DNA of 64,000 bases from Pelomyxa schiedti (taxonomy: Eukaryota > Protista > Evosea): assembly GCA_020536535.1 (NCBI GenBank), contig JAHLWZ010000806.1, forward strand, positions 1-64,000, read 5' to 3'. The position numbers were made by a program, and so were the translations under genes. The notes under the pieces were generated by a model that was given only the letters and a program-made list of their open reading frames with translations, was not told the origin of the DNA and ran no database searches. Positions 20,301-33,164 of this stretch are shown here, one piece after another (the first letter of the stretch is position 1; each line of letters opens with the position of its first letter).

Positions 20301-20500
20301 CCAGCAACAATAACAGTGAATCCCACGGACAAGCCAATGAACACCTTGAAAAGAGTCAGCCATCTTCTCCACTGTAATGCACCATCGTGTATACTTCTCT
20401 GAGAACTCCCGTCGTCGCTACTACGAACATTACTCTCCGCACCACCCCCATTCTCGGTGTCACCGCCGCCCACTCCTGCTACAACTACGTGACTACTCAT
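17337..20500 (-). CDS. Membrane-anchored class I cyclic-nucleotide phosphodiesterase with putative extracellular Cache-like sensor
   Basis: PDEase motifs FHSVWHAADV, HDVGHP, YNDQSVLENFH, ATDMAQH, KVADISN. Two hydrophobic segments flank a ~300-aa region ending in WKLVVAIP. Confidence 0.88.
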
Positions 20501-20771
20501 CTGGATCTAGATCTCCGGCCTGTCAGCCACACCCCCACGTTGCGTTGAAATACGTGTGTGTGACAGGAGGCAACTAGGACCCACGGTTTTTTTGGAGAGA
20601 AAGAGTTTCTGTATGTTCTACGGCAGTACTACCGGCATAGAAGTGAAAAAAAGAAAGGATCTGTTATCCAAAAGTGCAGGATAATCAACCCAAATGCGGT
20701 GCGCGAAAAATAAGTCGCTTCATTTAAGGAACGTTTGGAACACCGAAACGGCAAAATCGGTTGGTTTTTTC

Positions 20772-21476
20772 TCAGTTGGTGAATCTCCTCCCACAAACAC
20801 ACCTCTGCAGGGACACCGCACAAGATCTACAATAGGTCTGGTAGTCCAGAACCTCTGTCCCGTTGCAATTCGAGCACGGCCCGGAGTAGATGTGCTGCAG
20901 CATCTGTTGTTCGCAGCAGGACTCGCACAGATCTGGGTCCTGAGCTGATCTTGTGGTGGTCTCATTCAGATATGGATTTCCACGTGCCATCCTGGCGTCG
21001 TACGATGCCTTGAACATTCTGCCCGCTGCTCTCTTGCTCGACGCAAACGTGGGGATTTCCTGGCCAGTGGGCATCAGATAAGAAAGAGATAGGAGATGGA
21101 AGCCACAAAAATAACCTCGTAGTTGAAAGTGTGGTCCTGGTGCACAGGGTGCTCAAAACACAACTGGTGTGACACTTCGAGAGTCTCGCCGTAGTGTGGG
21201 GTGACTGTGACCCCAACGTCAAAAGTACCCCAGCCAACTGCAGTGAATTCAAACGGAGGTCGTTCGATTCTGACTTCACTTGGGGTAAAAGTAGGGTGCA
21301 ATTTCAGAGTCACACTGCGTTGGGCTCAGCACCTTCTGGGTCAAACAAAAAAGATAACAAACAAACCTCTGGATCAGTGCTTCGTCGAAATCTTGCGCCT
21401 TCACGTAGAGTGTCCATTTGTGTTGGTTACCGCCCTGCTTGACGGCAGTGTTTCCCACTCTCACCGTACCAATCAT
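20772..21476 (-). CDS. YEATS-domain protein with C-terminal CRIPT-like Cys8 region
   Basis: VGNT..HKWTLYV, LHPTF, PPFE..GWGTF; spliced in frame to CESC..CSNC..YCRSCA..CVCG. Confidence 0.85.
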
Positions 21477-21737
21477 TGCAGTTTTTTTTTTTCTCGTTAG
21501 GAAGTTCGACTAAAATCCTACGAACCAGGGCTTTTCGTTTGGATTAGGGTTCAAGATTCAGTTGATGATGCACCAGACCCCCACCCGCAGCATGGCGGCA
21601 ACCAACAACACATTTTTTCATGGTTGTGGGTAAAGCAACACATGTCCTGAGAGTTCAACTCACAACCCTCAGCCTTGGCCATAAGATCGGAATTAATTCA
21701 CAGATCCCTCATTTTTGTATTTTTTCGGGTTTCGGTG

Positions 21738-24700
21738 ATGAGGTGCGGGCTGGTGGTTTTGGTGGTTTCCTTTTAACTGAGGACAGGTTTGGCAAAAAAT
21801 TGTACTACAACGCTGTCCCCGAGTGGCACGAGAAATACATCGATTATAGCAATTTAAAAGTAGGTGTTGTGCAATTGCTCAATTGTTAAAAAAAAACACC
21901 TCCAAACAACAGAAGCAACTAAAGAGAATACAACAATGTGTTATGACCTCTGGTGTTGGAAAGGCTGCATGTGTAACACAAGACAGGTTTTCTCCCTTCT
22001 TCTGGTTTTTCTTCTTACCACTCGCCCCAGTCTCTTCTGGGAGCTTATGGAACACAATGCTGATATTGTTGAAGAATTCTATAAGCAGAAGGTTACTGAG
22101 GTGCAAGTTGTGTTATCTCAGTTAATTCAGCAAGTACTTGCTTTGGTATGGGTTTTTTTTTTTCTTACCCCAATGTGACCTTGCCCAGGGTCTCATTTCA
22201 GAATACAAACCCCAGCAAATTCCCCAACTCAAAATGCTCTCTGAGTTCCAACGGTTATCCCACTTGCCAACAGCCCTACAGGAAGAAATTCAAGTATGAT
22301 TCCATTTTCCCTTTTTGCTCAGTAATATCCCTTAGATGAAGTCAAGAAGCATTCGGCATAGACATGATAAAGATGGCAGTTTACGTACCAGTGATCAACT
22401 AGATGAGGATGATGTGAAGCATATTAATTCAACACACACAACTACAACAACAACAAGAGGTAGTATCTCATAACCGTATATCTTCCCCTTTAAAAAAAAA
22501 AAATCCTTAACGTTAATGGTAGCACAGTGGTATCTTTAAAATCTACTGAACAAAAGCAAGCCTATACAAAACTTAAACATGGATTTTGGGAGTTTTATAG
22601 AGGCCTTGTGCTGGTTCAAAACTTTTGCACATTAAACTCGGAAGTATTTTTTCCCCTCTGTATTGTTTTACCTCATTTCTCCCATTCTAAGGGATTCGCG
22701 AAGATCACAAAAAAGTATGATAAAAAATTTGCCACAAGTATGAAACGCGAGTTTATGAGAACAAAGATTGAAACTTCATCTTTCTTTGATTACTCTGGTT
22801 TGATTAAGCCTCCAAAATCTCACCTTTTTTAACCTCGCGTTCTAGTACTGAAAAGACTTTTAGAAGAAACAGAGGTAGCAGGTTTTTTTTATCTCGAAAT
22901 TCTAATGTGGTTTAGTACATTTATGCTCAGGCATTTTCCCATGGAATATGGCATGATGCTATGAAAGACCTTCGATTGCCAACAAAGTCACATCAATCAT
23001 GGCTAACATTCCGGTGTGTTGGCCTTTTCTAGAATAAAAAATATTAACTTGCCCTTTTTTAAAGGCTGGGAACATTCTTTGGTTGTATTTTGCCACTTCT
23101 TGTCTTCGTGATATACTGGTTTTTCACAGTAGACAGTTTTGAATATGGAAGGTCCTCCAGACTATTTAACCGCGGAATATTGACACTGTCTAACAGATCT
23201 GTTCTCATAGTTTACAGGGGGATTTGCCTTTGTATAATGTTAGTATTAATGTGGGGCATTGATATGTATGTGTGGAGTCGGAACAGGATAAACCACGTGT
23301 TTATTTTTGAGTATGCAAAAATTCTGTTTCCCTCTACTTCTTTACTAAAGCACTTCCACAGCTTTGACCCACGGCACCATTTCACGTTCCATGTCATGTT
23401 TGAAGTACAAATTTCTCCCTCTTTGCTTTTTCACCTGAACTCAATGAATAACCAAAGGGTGCAGCATGCTTCACAATGATGTGCCTCTTGAGTGTTGTGA
23501 CATACTTCTTTTCCTGTGCACCACCATCCAGTCTTGCATTTTTTTCCAAGTGCCCACCGGCAGTGTATCCTCTAGTGTTTGTCATAATCTCTGTCATTGT
23601 ATTCTTTATATATGAAATAAGGTTGCCCTTTTAAGTAGTTGCTATCCCTTATTGTGTTTTTGGCTACAGAACAAGATTTTGGTTGCTATTTACTCTCATT
23701 TCCATAATAGCTGCGCCGTTGAAGGTTTGTCAACCCTACAATGCCTTCCTTCATTTCACTGTAACTTAGGCAGTCAAATTCAAGGACTTCTTTTTTGCTG
23801 ATCAACTCGTCTCTCTGTCAATCGTGTTTGCTGATATAGAGTATACTATGTGTTTCTATTTCTATGAAGTTTGGTTCGGCGGTACAAAATGCGATAGTGC
23901 AAGTAAAATTACCCGGCCGCTTTTTGCAAGCCTTCCAGCTTTGTGGAGACTTCTACAGTGCTTGCGGCTAGTGTGCAAATAATATTTCCCTGTGGAATAC
24001 TTGCTGACATCATCTTAGTTTCATGATACTCGCACAAAACGGCATCTAGCAAACGCAGGTTTGCATACCCTTCCCCTCCTGGACATTCATTTACTGTTTT
24101 CCTCTCTACTCTACGAAACACAAGGCAAGTATTTTACGAGCATAGTAGGTCGGTTAAGGCATTTGCATCTATGATTGGTTAACAACTCCTAAGTGTCAAT
24201 GACATCATTGTTGTATGGTACTTTTCCAAAAAGTACGGAATGTAAGGCTTTGTGGATCTGCTGTATCAGGTTCTTAGGTCCTATCTTCTTTCCTCATTCA
24301 TTCTTATTAGTTTTGCCACTATTTACAATTACTCTTGGGATACTTACTTTGACTGGGGGCTGGTAATTTTTTCTTTTCTCATTGTTATTTGTAACGCTTT
24401 TTTAGGGAAGAAGATTCTCCAAAAACAAATTTTTGCGTGATGTCTTGATGTATGAAAGGAAATGGGTACGCTACACCGTTGGATGGGTCTATTTCTGACC
24501 TGTGTTCCAAGATATACTATACTGCCTCAGTTGTCAATCTGATACTGAGGCTTTCGTGGACACTAACAATTTCGCCAGAGGCAATTGGCGTGGGCTCAAT
24601 AATTGACTTGGAGGTAAATTGTCTACATTCCTAAGTGGTACCTTGTCACATTCCCTCAGCTATTTCGTACTATATTGGCCTGCTTGGAGGTTTTTAACTT

Positions 24701-24891
24701 CTGTTTCAGCCAAAGTTAATTCCTTTTTCCAAAAGATTTTACGGAGAGGTGTGTGGAACATTTTCCGGGTTGAGAACGAACATATTGTATTCTTCCTTTA
24801 GTTTCTTTCATTTTTTTTGTAAAAGCTCCTTCAGACAAATTGTACACTATGCCGAGCCACAAAAGACTTCAAAATGCCTATAGACCTCTGA
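21738..24891 (+). CDS. XPR1: SPX-EXS phosphate exporter (XPR1/SYG1/PHO1 family)
   Basis: MRFGKKL..VPEW..KYIDY..LK, LN..GFAKITKKYDK, VKFKDFFFADQL.SL, LANAGKY, YSWD...DWGL, LRLSW, RRGVWNIFRVENEH. Confidence 0.93.
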
Positions 24892-24989
24892 ACCCAAAAA
24901 AATTTGGTGGAATACCAAGCCCATCCCGCAGACCCGAAATAATAAAAATCCAAACCTCAATTAGTCATCACCATAACAACTCCAACATC

Positions 24990-25366
24990 ATGGATTACAA
25001 GGTGGCCCTTGCAATGGAACAACCGCCTCCTCCCACAATGCCCCCAGCACAAGGCAAGTCCGCCACTTCTAATAAACAGAAAAAAAAGCACGACCAAGTT
25101 AGTGACGCGCAACTGACCGATTTAAACTGCACAAAACAGAGATGATACCGGAAGCTCGTGACAGCCCAAAGAGCAGGGACAGCTGCGCGTGCGCATTGGC
25201 TCTGTTCTTGGCTGGGTTCTTGTGCTTTCCTGCCTGGATTATGGGAGCCCTTTTCTACTGCACGTCCCGAAACAGGCTTGCCAAGGCCTTTGGGTTGATG
25301 AGCGCGGTGATGATAGGCCTGGTGGTGATTGCGGTTGTAATTGTGGGTGTTTGTTGGAAGGGGTAG
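24990..25366 (+). CDS. Small 2-3 TM membrane protein (Pro-rich N-terminus, LFLAGFLCFPAW motif)
   Basis: Two exons joined via a probable GC-AG intron (25054-25139); hydrophobic C-terminal half. Confidence 0.6.
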
Positions 25367-25462
25367 GCAGGTGGTGAATGAAACATTCAACAGATATTGC
25401 TGTTTCTTATGCTTTTATTCACATACATTTACTATCACATTACATGATGGTAGTGGGTAGGC

Positions 25463-28400
25463 TTAGAAGCCTGTGGTGGATGCAGTTGTCTGTGTTTTGA
25501 TAGGAGCCTTTGTTTGGGCTGATGTCTTTATGGGTCTTTCGGATGACACATCGACAACAAGGTCCCGCCAGGATTCGAAGTGTGAAGCTTGGTCAAATGC
25601 TCCATTGAATAGAGCATTATTCCCCATAAGTAGTACATCAGGTTTATAAATAAAACAGTTGACCTAGGACAACAGTCACTCATTTAAGGTTTTCAGGTTG
25701 TTAAAATGTACCATCTGGCCTCCTTTTATTTCTTTTTCTCCACGGTGCTGGAAAGGAAACTTGTCCTTGACGAGGTTGTAGGTAGTCTCAGTAACCTGTA
25801 TCGTGTCAGGGATACCGCTTGATTCCATCCGACTAGCAAGATTGACTATAAAAGGCGTTAGAGGTCAGAGGCATTGTTTTGTTGTGTACCAGAGGGTCCC
25901 CAAATATCTAGCTTGTATTAGTTAAAGTAAACAGAGAAAATGCAGTACCAAAGATGACTTTAGACATGCCAATTACGCCAGCAACAACAGGGCCAGAATT
26001 CACACCAATTCTGAGGTGGGAAAGCTAAGCAAGTATTCCCATAAAAATCACAGTGAGTACCTGACATGCAAGTCCGTGTGGTACTGCTTATTAAACTGCA
26101 CAAGGGTGTACAACATTCCTTCTGCAAAAGATATTATATCCGTTGCGTGGTTTTCATTATGTTCTGGACATCCAGTCACTGTGCGTGTAGTTTGGGGTTA
26201 GAGATTGACGCATTTCAAATGAATTCACACCAGCCATATAGCAATCCCCAATAGTCTAGGGTAAGGGTTACCATTATCTTGCTTTTTGTGTTCATTGAAG
26301 AAACACGCTACCTTTATTTTTTCAACAGAGGACTTGGTGGCTAAGAGATCCCAAGAACTTACTAAACTGTTTAGAAGTCGAACCAGGTCCTTTGCATCTA
26401 TTGTCGTGCTCCATCGAGAGAAACTGACTTTTGTAAGCTTTTTTACCTCTTAATAGAGATCAACACGTACTTGACAATATCCGCAAACAGTATGCTCACA
26501 TTATTGTGCCTATCAGCAATAAGTGCTCGGTTCTCATTGCTGGTGAGTGAGTCTCGTAGTCTAAGTGCTATGCTCTTTGGCAACATCTTGGTGAGAAGTG
26601 ATTCGTTTTGCTGGAGAAGTCTTTGGTATTCTCTAATCTCTCGGACGTCTCTTATAAATACAGCTGAAACGGCCTGTGCATCTATGAAATAGTTAGGAGG
26701 AGATGTGGAGTCAGTGTATCAACCTTCTCCGGCAGTGTTGCTTTTTGATACAAAAACTGGAAACGTGCTCCCATCTCTACTTTTTCCTAAAGTTTCATAA
26801 GAGTTTGCTTCGTGGGCCGCAGTTTCATCAGAATGTGTCGATGTGGTGCTGCCAGAAGGCACCGAGGTAAAATCAGGCAAGAGAGTAGAGACAGGCTGCC
26901 CTATGATTTCTTCTGGTTGCCATCTAAGGGGAAGAAAGTGAGGATAGACAAAATGCAGGGAGAAGAATATTTTACCCGAACATAACCTCAGCTGCGGTAT
27001 TGATTACTTCAATTCGATTTGTATTGACGTTAAATACAACAACTGGGGAATTATTAGTAACCATCATGAAATGAGAGTCACTTACTTGCGTCTGCAGCAG
27101 CTTGTAATATTCGGTCAGTCTGCTCAAGATTTCAGAAACCACTTAATTGAAAGAAACTACTTTGTTTTTGGATTCCTGCAACATTTTGCGTATTTGGGCA
27201 TCCTTTGTTGTATGTTGACCAGTTTCAAGGTACTCTCGTATTGATGGTGAGGCATCAATTACTTCAACTTCAAATGTGTCAAATTCAAGGGGGGTGAAAC
27301 GCAAATAAAACCTGGTATAAGCAAGAACATCTACAGTTACAGTTGAGTTAGATAAATCAAAATACCAGATTCCTACCTTTAAGGTATAGCCATGCTGGAG
27401 TCCAATTTTTTTCAGTGGATTATATAATAAGAGGTAAATCAATAAAGCAATTGGCCATGACACAAGGAACAATGCGAGGTTCACTGTGGAAATTCGCTTG
27501 ATTTCCGAAAGCCACATATTTAACAACATTTCTTCCATCTCGGCATGCCAAGGAAAGACCGCCATCTGCTCGAGATTGGAAATAAAGATGTAGTGAAGAT
27601 TTGTCTCTCTCAGTTCAGATAATGGGGCATCCTAAAGAGATTAAGGTACGCTTCTATGAAAGAAATTTAATACAGCAAATGATGTAACGTGTGATAGGTA
27701 GTAACCATCAACTTCATCCAACCCTGAATTGCCTTTTAGATGGATACCAAAAGATTTTGAAAACTTACCATAGCAACTCCCTAATTGCGGTATCAGCGAG
27801 GTACAGTTTCGATGCAGCCTGAGATACTCAATGTCGGGGTTTTGCAAGTCCAGGGCACTTCCACTCAGCAAGTCACCCCTGTTGTGTATTACCAATAAAT
27901 CCAACATGATCTTTGAGCATACTGGGCGCGGATTCGCTGGTACAAGTTTGTGTTATTCCACAATATCTCACGCATTGTGTCATATGATCCATATGTGTAT
28001 ACGTCGCCATTTATCAAGGCAGTAGATACAACATTACAACGACGGAGATATGTGCGTTCTGCCATCCTCAGTTCCGAGAATTGAACCTGTTGTAGATGGG
28101 GGAAAATGAAAATTGAACGCTAACTAAGGGCGTTTGGTGCTTACAGGTATTTTAAATGATGTAAGGCTGTCAATTCCGAAGACAGAAAGGACAATAATAA
28201 TAGCCGAGAGTAAACCAATCCCCAAGACAAACCTGCGCATTGACTGTGAACTTCAAATGAAGGGATTCCAGGGAACCTCATAATCAAAGACTTGGCAAAT
28301 GAAAAAGAGACCTGAGCTTGCTTATTATGTGCCTCTTCGTCATTATCTGAAAAGCCTGGAGATGGAGTCAAATGCTAGAAAGTGGTTTGGAGAGACCTTG

Positions 28401-31400
28401 GTCCGGTTTAGTTCCCCCACACTCAGTGTAGATTGACAGTAAAACACTTCTCGGTATATCAAGGAAAAGTTGCAGCACATTTTGTCTTTCCTTTTTTTTC
28501 TTAATAACTCCACATTTAATTGATGTAGGAAATACTTTTTGTAATACAAGGATAGAGCGACCAAAAAGACCAATTGCACATAGGAGAACCTTTAGTTTGT
28601 ATGTTATAGTATGTTCAACTGGGAGTCTCTCATACCAACAAAATTGTTAGAGGAAGAGAAATTGCTAGAGTTAGTGTTGCCCTATTAAGGGACTGCAATA
28701 CGTTCTGGCTGTACACGAAAACAAGTTCATCAAGAGCTTATATTTTGTTTGTGGTTCGTGAGCCTTAGCAGAATTTCATGAAGAGAAATACCTTGTCGTG
28801 CATTTATTCGACCATTGTCCTTTTTAATAGTGAGTAACCAACACCTAAAAAGTAGGAAGGAACCAGAATGTATCTGACGTCTTGGGAAAAAATCAAATCC
28901 TCAGACTTGGAGAATAATGATTGATTGATAGCAATGTTCCCAAGCCTGCGGATGATCTCTTTAAAAAGGCGATATCTGGACACTGAGTTCCGTGACGATG
29001 TGTTACTGTATGGATTGTACACAATGGAGGAAACTGATGAAGAAGTCCATTCTGTCCAGGAAACCATTTCTCCCCGGGCAGAATCCACATCTTTTTGCTT
29101 TTTTTTAGGGAAAGGAAAAAAAAAAGCAACTTACATAATTCGTTTGTGATGGAGCTCAGATGATGTGTTGTATTGAGCATATCTTGAAGGAGAACAGATG
29201 TTGTTGCTTCTTCACCATTGTTGAGTGAGAGAACCAGGCGCTCAGTCAGGAGTGTTGAGGTTGGAACGTTTCTGATTGTACATGAGAAATAAATAGCCTA
29301 CACCAGTTCAAGATATTACGCTCTTGCGTCAGATGCATTCTTCATAGCAATAAAGGTGCCTTCTAAATTGTCCAACCCATTGTTTACAAAGATATATGAC
29401 AGAGCGATATTCAAAATCACAATAACAAGAATTGCAACTATTGATATAGAAAGGTTCCTGAAAAAAAAAATGAATGAGGAGCAGGCAAAGTTCGAGAGAT
29501 ACAAAAAAGCTGTGCTATTTAGTTGCTGAACTTGTTGCTTGTACCAGGCAAGCCTCTGAACCCTCTTCCCTTTTATTTGCTCGGACTCATCTACATCTTG
29601 TTCTTCTAATGAAGGGTGTGTTATGGGAAAGGAATTATGAGATGTACCTTTATGTGGGATTTGTCGTACATCACCAACGTGCTTAGTAAGATCATTAAAT
29701 TGAACAAGAGGTGCTTTTCGTGCAGGTGTTAAACCACTTTTTTTTTTGTGTCGGTGCTCTTTTGACTAAAAGGATGTCAGGAGTGGAATGTGGAAGAGAT
29801 AAAAAATACTTGCTGTTCTTCAAGAAGTTCTGCAGCTTGATATAAGGCTTGAGAAATGTCATAGTCGTGCTTTACTTCATCCAGAAACTTAGCATACCTT
29901 GCTAGAACCTTTTTCAGTGTTATTTATACACAGAAAAATTCTATTGTATACATATGATGATTTGGGATATTTTGAGCGCAATCTTTCGTAGATCTCTGTT
30001 GCATCCTCTTCTGCACGATTGAGATTTGCCACAATTTCATGTATGTCTTGAATGTTGCTGTTAAGGAGATGGTGCCAAAATAATTGTAAAAGCTCTTTTG
30101 CTTTTTTCCCATATTGTGTAGCTTGTTGATCACCCTATAAGGATTTCTTTATTTTAATTGCAGTGTATGTGAAGGGTACTTGGTGAATCTCCTGAGCTCC
30201 TCTATCAATGCGCTGTGCTTGCTCTTTGCCATAGTTTACTAATTTTGCCACCAATAGTTTGTGATCCAAAAAAAGTTCCATTTGTACAACACGTCGCAAG
30301 CGCACCAGAGCCGGGTGGAGATCGTCTGAAGTTTGCAATGTATAAAGTAGATATAACTTGTTTTTTTTTTTTTTTTGCCAAGGTGAGTCCGTTTCAAGGT
30401 TTTGAGAAGTTGCATACGACTTCTGCTTCAGGTTTGTGCCTGTTTCCAAGACAGTTAAGAGCAAGCTGATTTACCTTATCAAGAAACTGCTCAGGTGCCT
30501 CCTAAAACCAGTGAACATCAATTTAGAAAATCACAGTTTCACCTCAGCTTTGGACAACTTATTTTGCTCCCAGAAAACATGCAGCACAGCCATTCTCATA
30601 GTCCAGGTTGTTTGTATTGGCTGAGAAATGTCTGTGTGCTCTGCTCTCCCAGACCATTCATTTCCTTCGTTTTCACCAGACAAAAAGAAAGTAACCCTGC
30701 TGCGTAGATTGTGCAACAGCTTCTTGTATACCACAGCACTTAGGAACCACATACCAACTCCAGTTGGTATTGCCAAGGCCCAAAAGGAAATGAAGAGATA
30801 TAGCCCTGCATCACTAGAAAAGCCCTGGTGTCGAGTTAAATGAAAAGATTTCACCCAAAATGTGATAAATACCGATTGTACTAACGAGAGAATAGCTGCT
30901 AAAAGAACTACTGAATAAGAAGCAATCTTTAAGTAGTTTGCTTGCCACCGATAATATGGGGATTGCAATTGCAAAAATATGATTTGTACAACTGAATGCA
31001 CTGCTAATAGGCTTGATATCTAGATTGTATAAGAATGGGGTTATCTTTTGGGTGACATACAACTAGCCTGGCATAGATGGAAGGGAAAAAAGGGAACAGA
31101 AGAACTCTCCAAATAACTGTCAGTATAGTCACCTGAGAAAATAAGCAAGACGGAAATGTGGCTTGAGAACACACAGACAAGAAATGCAAGATCTCTGAGC
31201 GTGATAGATAACGAGAGAAAAAGTTTGGGGACTTGTAAACAAAGTCATATTGGTAACTGACTGAAATAAGTGCCATTATCCATCCAACAATTACTAGGAC
31301 ACAACTCACAATTCCAACTACTATCTGTTGATAATATTGGTGAAAATAAAGAACTTAGTTGTGGTACTGATTGACCCGTCCCGCAGGTGTAAGGTGGATT

Positions 31401-32561
31401 GAAATCGGGAACATCATAAATGCAAGACGCAATGGTAAGGCACACATGCATAAACGGAGTAATCAACAGCATACCCCACAGGTACAACTGAGGAGGGTTG
31501 GCTTAGGAGTGAAAGAGGGGCTACCATAAAATTGGCCAGCTTTAACATTCTTCCTTCTTCATGAAAAGAGTGACTGTGTCTTATATACAAAGCAACATTG
31601 AAGGCAACAGTGAGGCAGCCATATGACCCAAGAATGATCAAAGCGATTAAGGAACTTGGGTTGGAAAGTGTTGTGACAGATAATGTGCGAAACCAGCGCA
31701 CGATACTTGCAAAAACAACTACACCATGTTTCTCACTCCACCCCATATCAGGGTCAATGACAAAGCTGAGTAACTAGATTGTTTAAATTGGTTTTAGTGC
31801 ATCCATATAATTTTACTTGCATTACACACTTGTAACATTTGCACTGCAAAGAGAAGCAGGGTAGTGACTTTCCCTTGAATGACATATTTGGTAGAGATCG
31901 CCACAACACCCAACATCAACTGCTTGGTATTTTGCATTAAGATATTTGCAGACATGGTTGAAGACAGGGATGAAGTGGAAGAAAGAGAAGATGATGAAAC
32001 AGTGGATGAAGCTGTGAAAACTGACATTACATCAATATTGAAATCTTCTTCGTCAATGAAACCGCCCTCATTGTTCATATCACTGGTTTGTGGAGCATTG
32101 ACAGCGGCGCCATCCTCAACAGTGTTGTCATTGTCCAGTTTATCTTGCATTTGATCCATGACTGGCACATTTGTGGCATTCGTTCCTGCTTGCTCACTGT
32201 CGCTTCCATCGTCAGGGTGATTGCTGTTTCCATCCGAAGAAGCTGATGACATGGATGGTTCTGAATGAACTTCAGCAGTGCGCCAATCGTCGAAAGTATG
32301 TCGTTCCTTTGGCGAGTGATGCGACTTGGACGGTGAAGGGGTTCGTAGTTTTCCATCCTGTGATCCACATAAGGCCGAGAAAAAAAAGGGAGAAAAAAAA
32401 AGTTTACGCACGCCACTTCGTTCTACAGGCACATGCAATGACCCTGCACTGGCGACGTGACCATGACTAAGCTTTCCTGCGGATGTAATCAGCGATGGTT
32501 GGTCGGCAGAGTTTAAGTCGAGTTTGAGCTCGGTTATTGGCGTCTCAGCGCGGGTGGTCAT
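25463..32561 (-). CDS. Large multi-TM (TmcB/C-like) PAS-domain class III adenylate/guanylate cyclase
   Basis: Catalytic motifs LFADI, VEKIK/TIGDCY, GVNSGPVVAGVIG, DIWGPSVNLASRMES. PAS motif INTAAEVMFG. Many TM exons and an LARYAKFL helical segment. Joining all exons into a single gene is inferred. Confidence 0.85.
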
Positions 32562-33164
32562 CCAAAAGATCTATGATATCGTGTCGACACACAGCTACCT
32601 ACGCTGCTTGGCTGTAGTTATATTGTTGTGGGTTTTCTTTTTAAAATGAATTAAAGATCAGCCGTACCGCCACACTTATAAAGAAAGTCGAAGTCGGAAA
32701 AAAGTCATTTAAAAAGTTTTTGGGTGAGGACATTCGTTATCGTAATTTGATGTTAAAACATCCAGCGTGGGGGGAAACAACAAGGACAAAGTACTGTTTG
32801 TTTCGGGAAACGTGGAAGTTCACCCGTTTGGGGGGTTGTCCGCGTGTGGCACATCAATTCAATTCCCCGGCGGAAGACAACTTGAATTGCGGAAGTTGTA
32901 TTGCAGTGTGAACGGGGAGAAGAAAGGGAGGGTACCGGGGCACACCCAGTGCTCTGATTCTGATATCTACGAATATTTCAAGTTTGTGCAATTGCAAAGA
33001 AGCCATGCTTTTCCCAACGAGCAAAATCATGCAACGGTAACAGGCTAACTCACGAACCTCTTTCCATGTGACACTTTAATACCCCGGCTTGCTAAGATGT
33101 CAAACACTTTTCATATGTCCTGTGCACTGGGTACATTTTGTGAATAAATCGGGTACGAGTGGCC

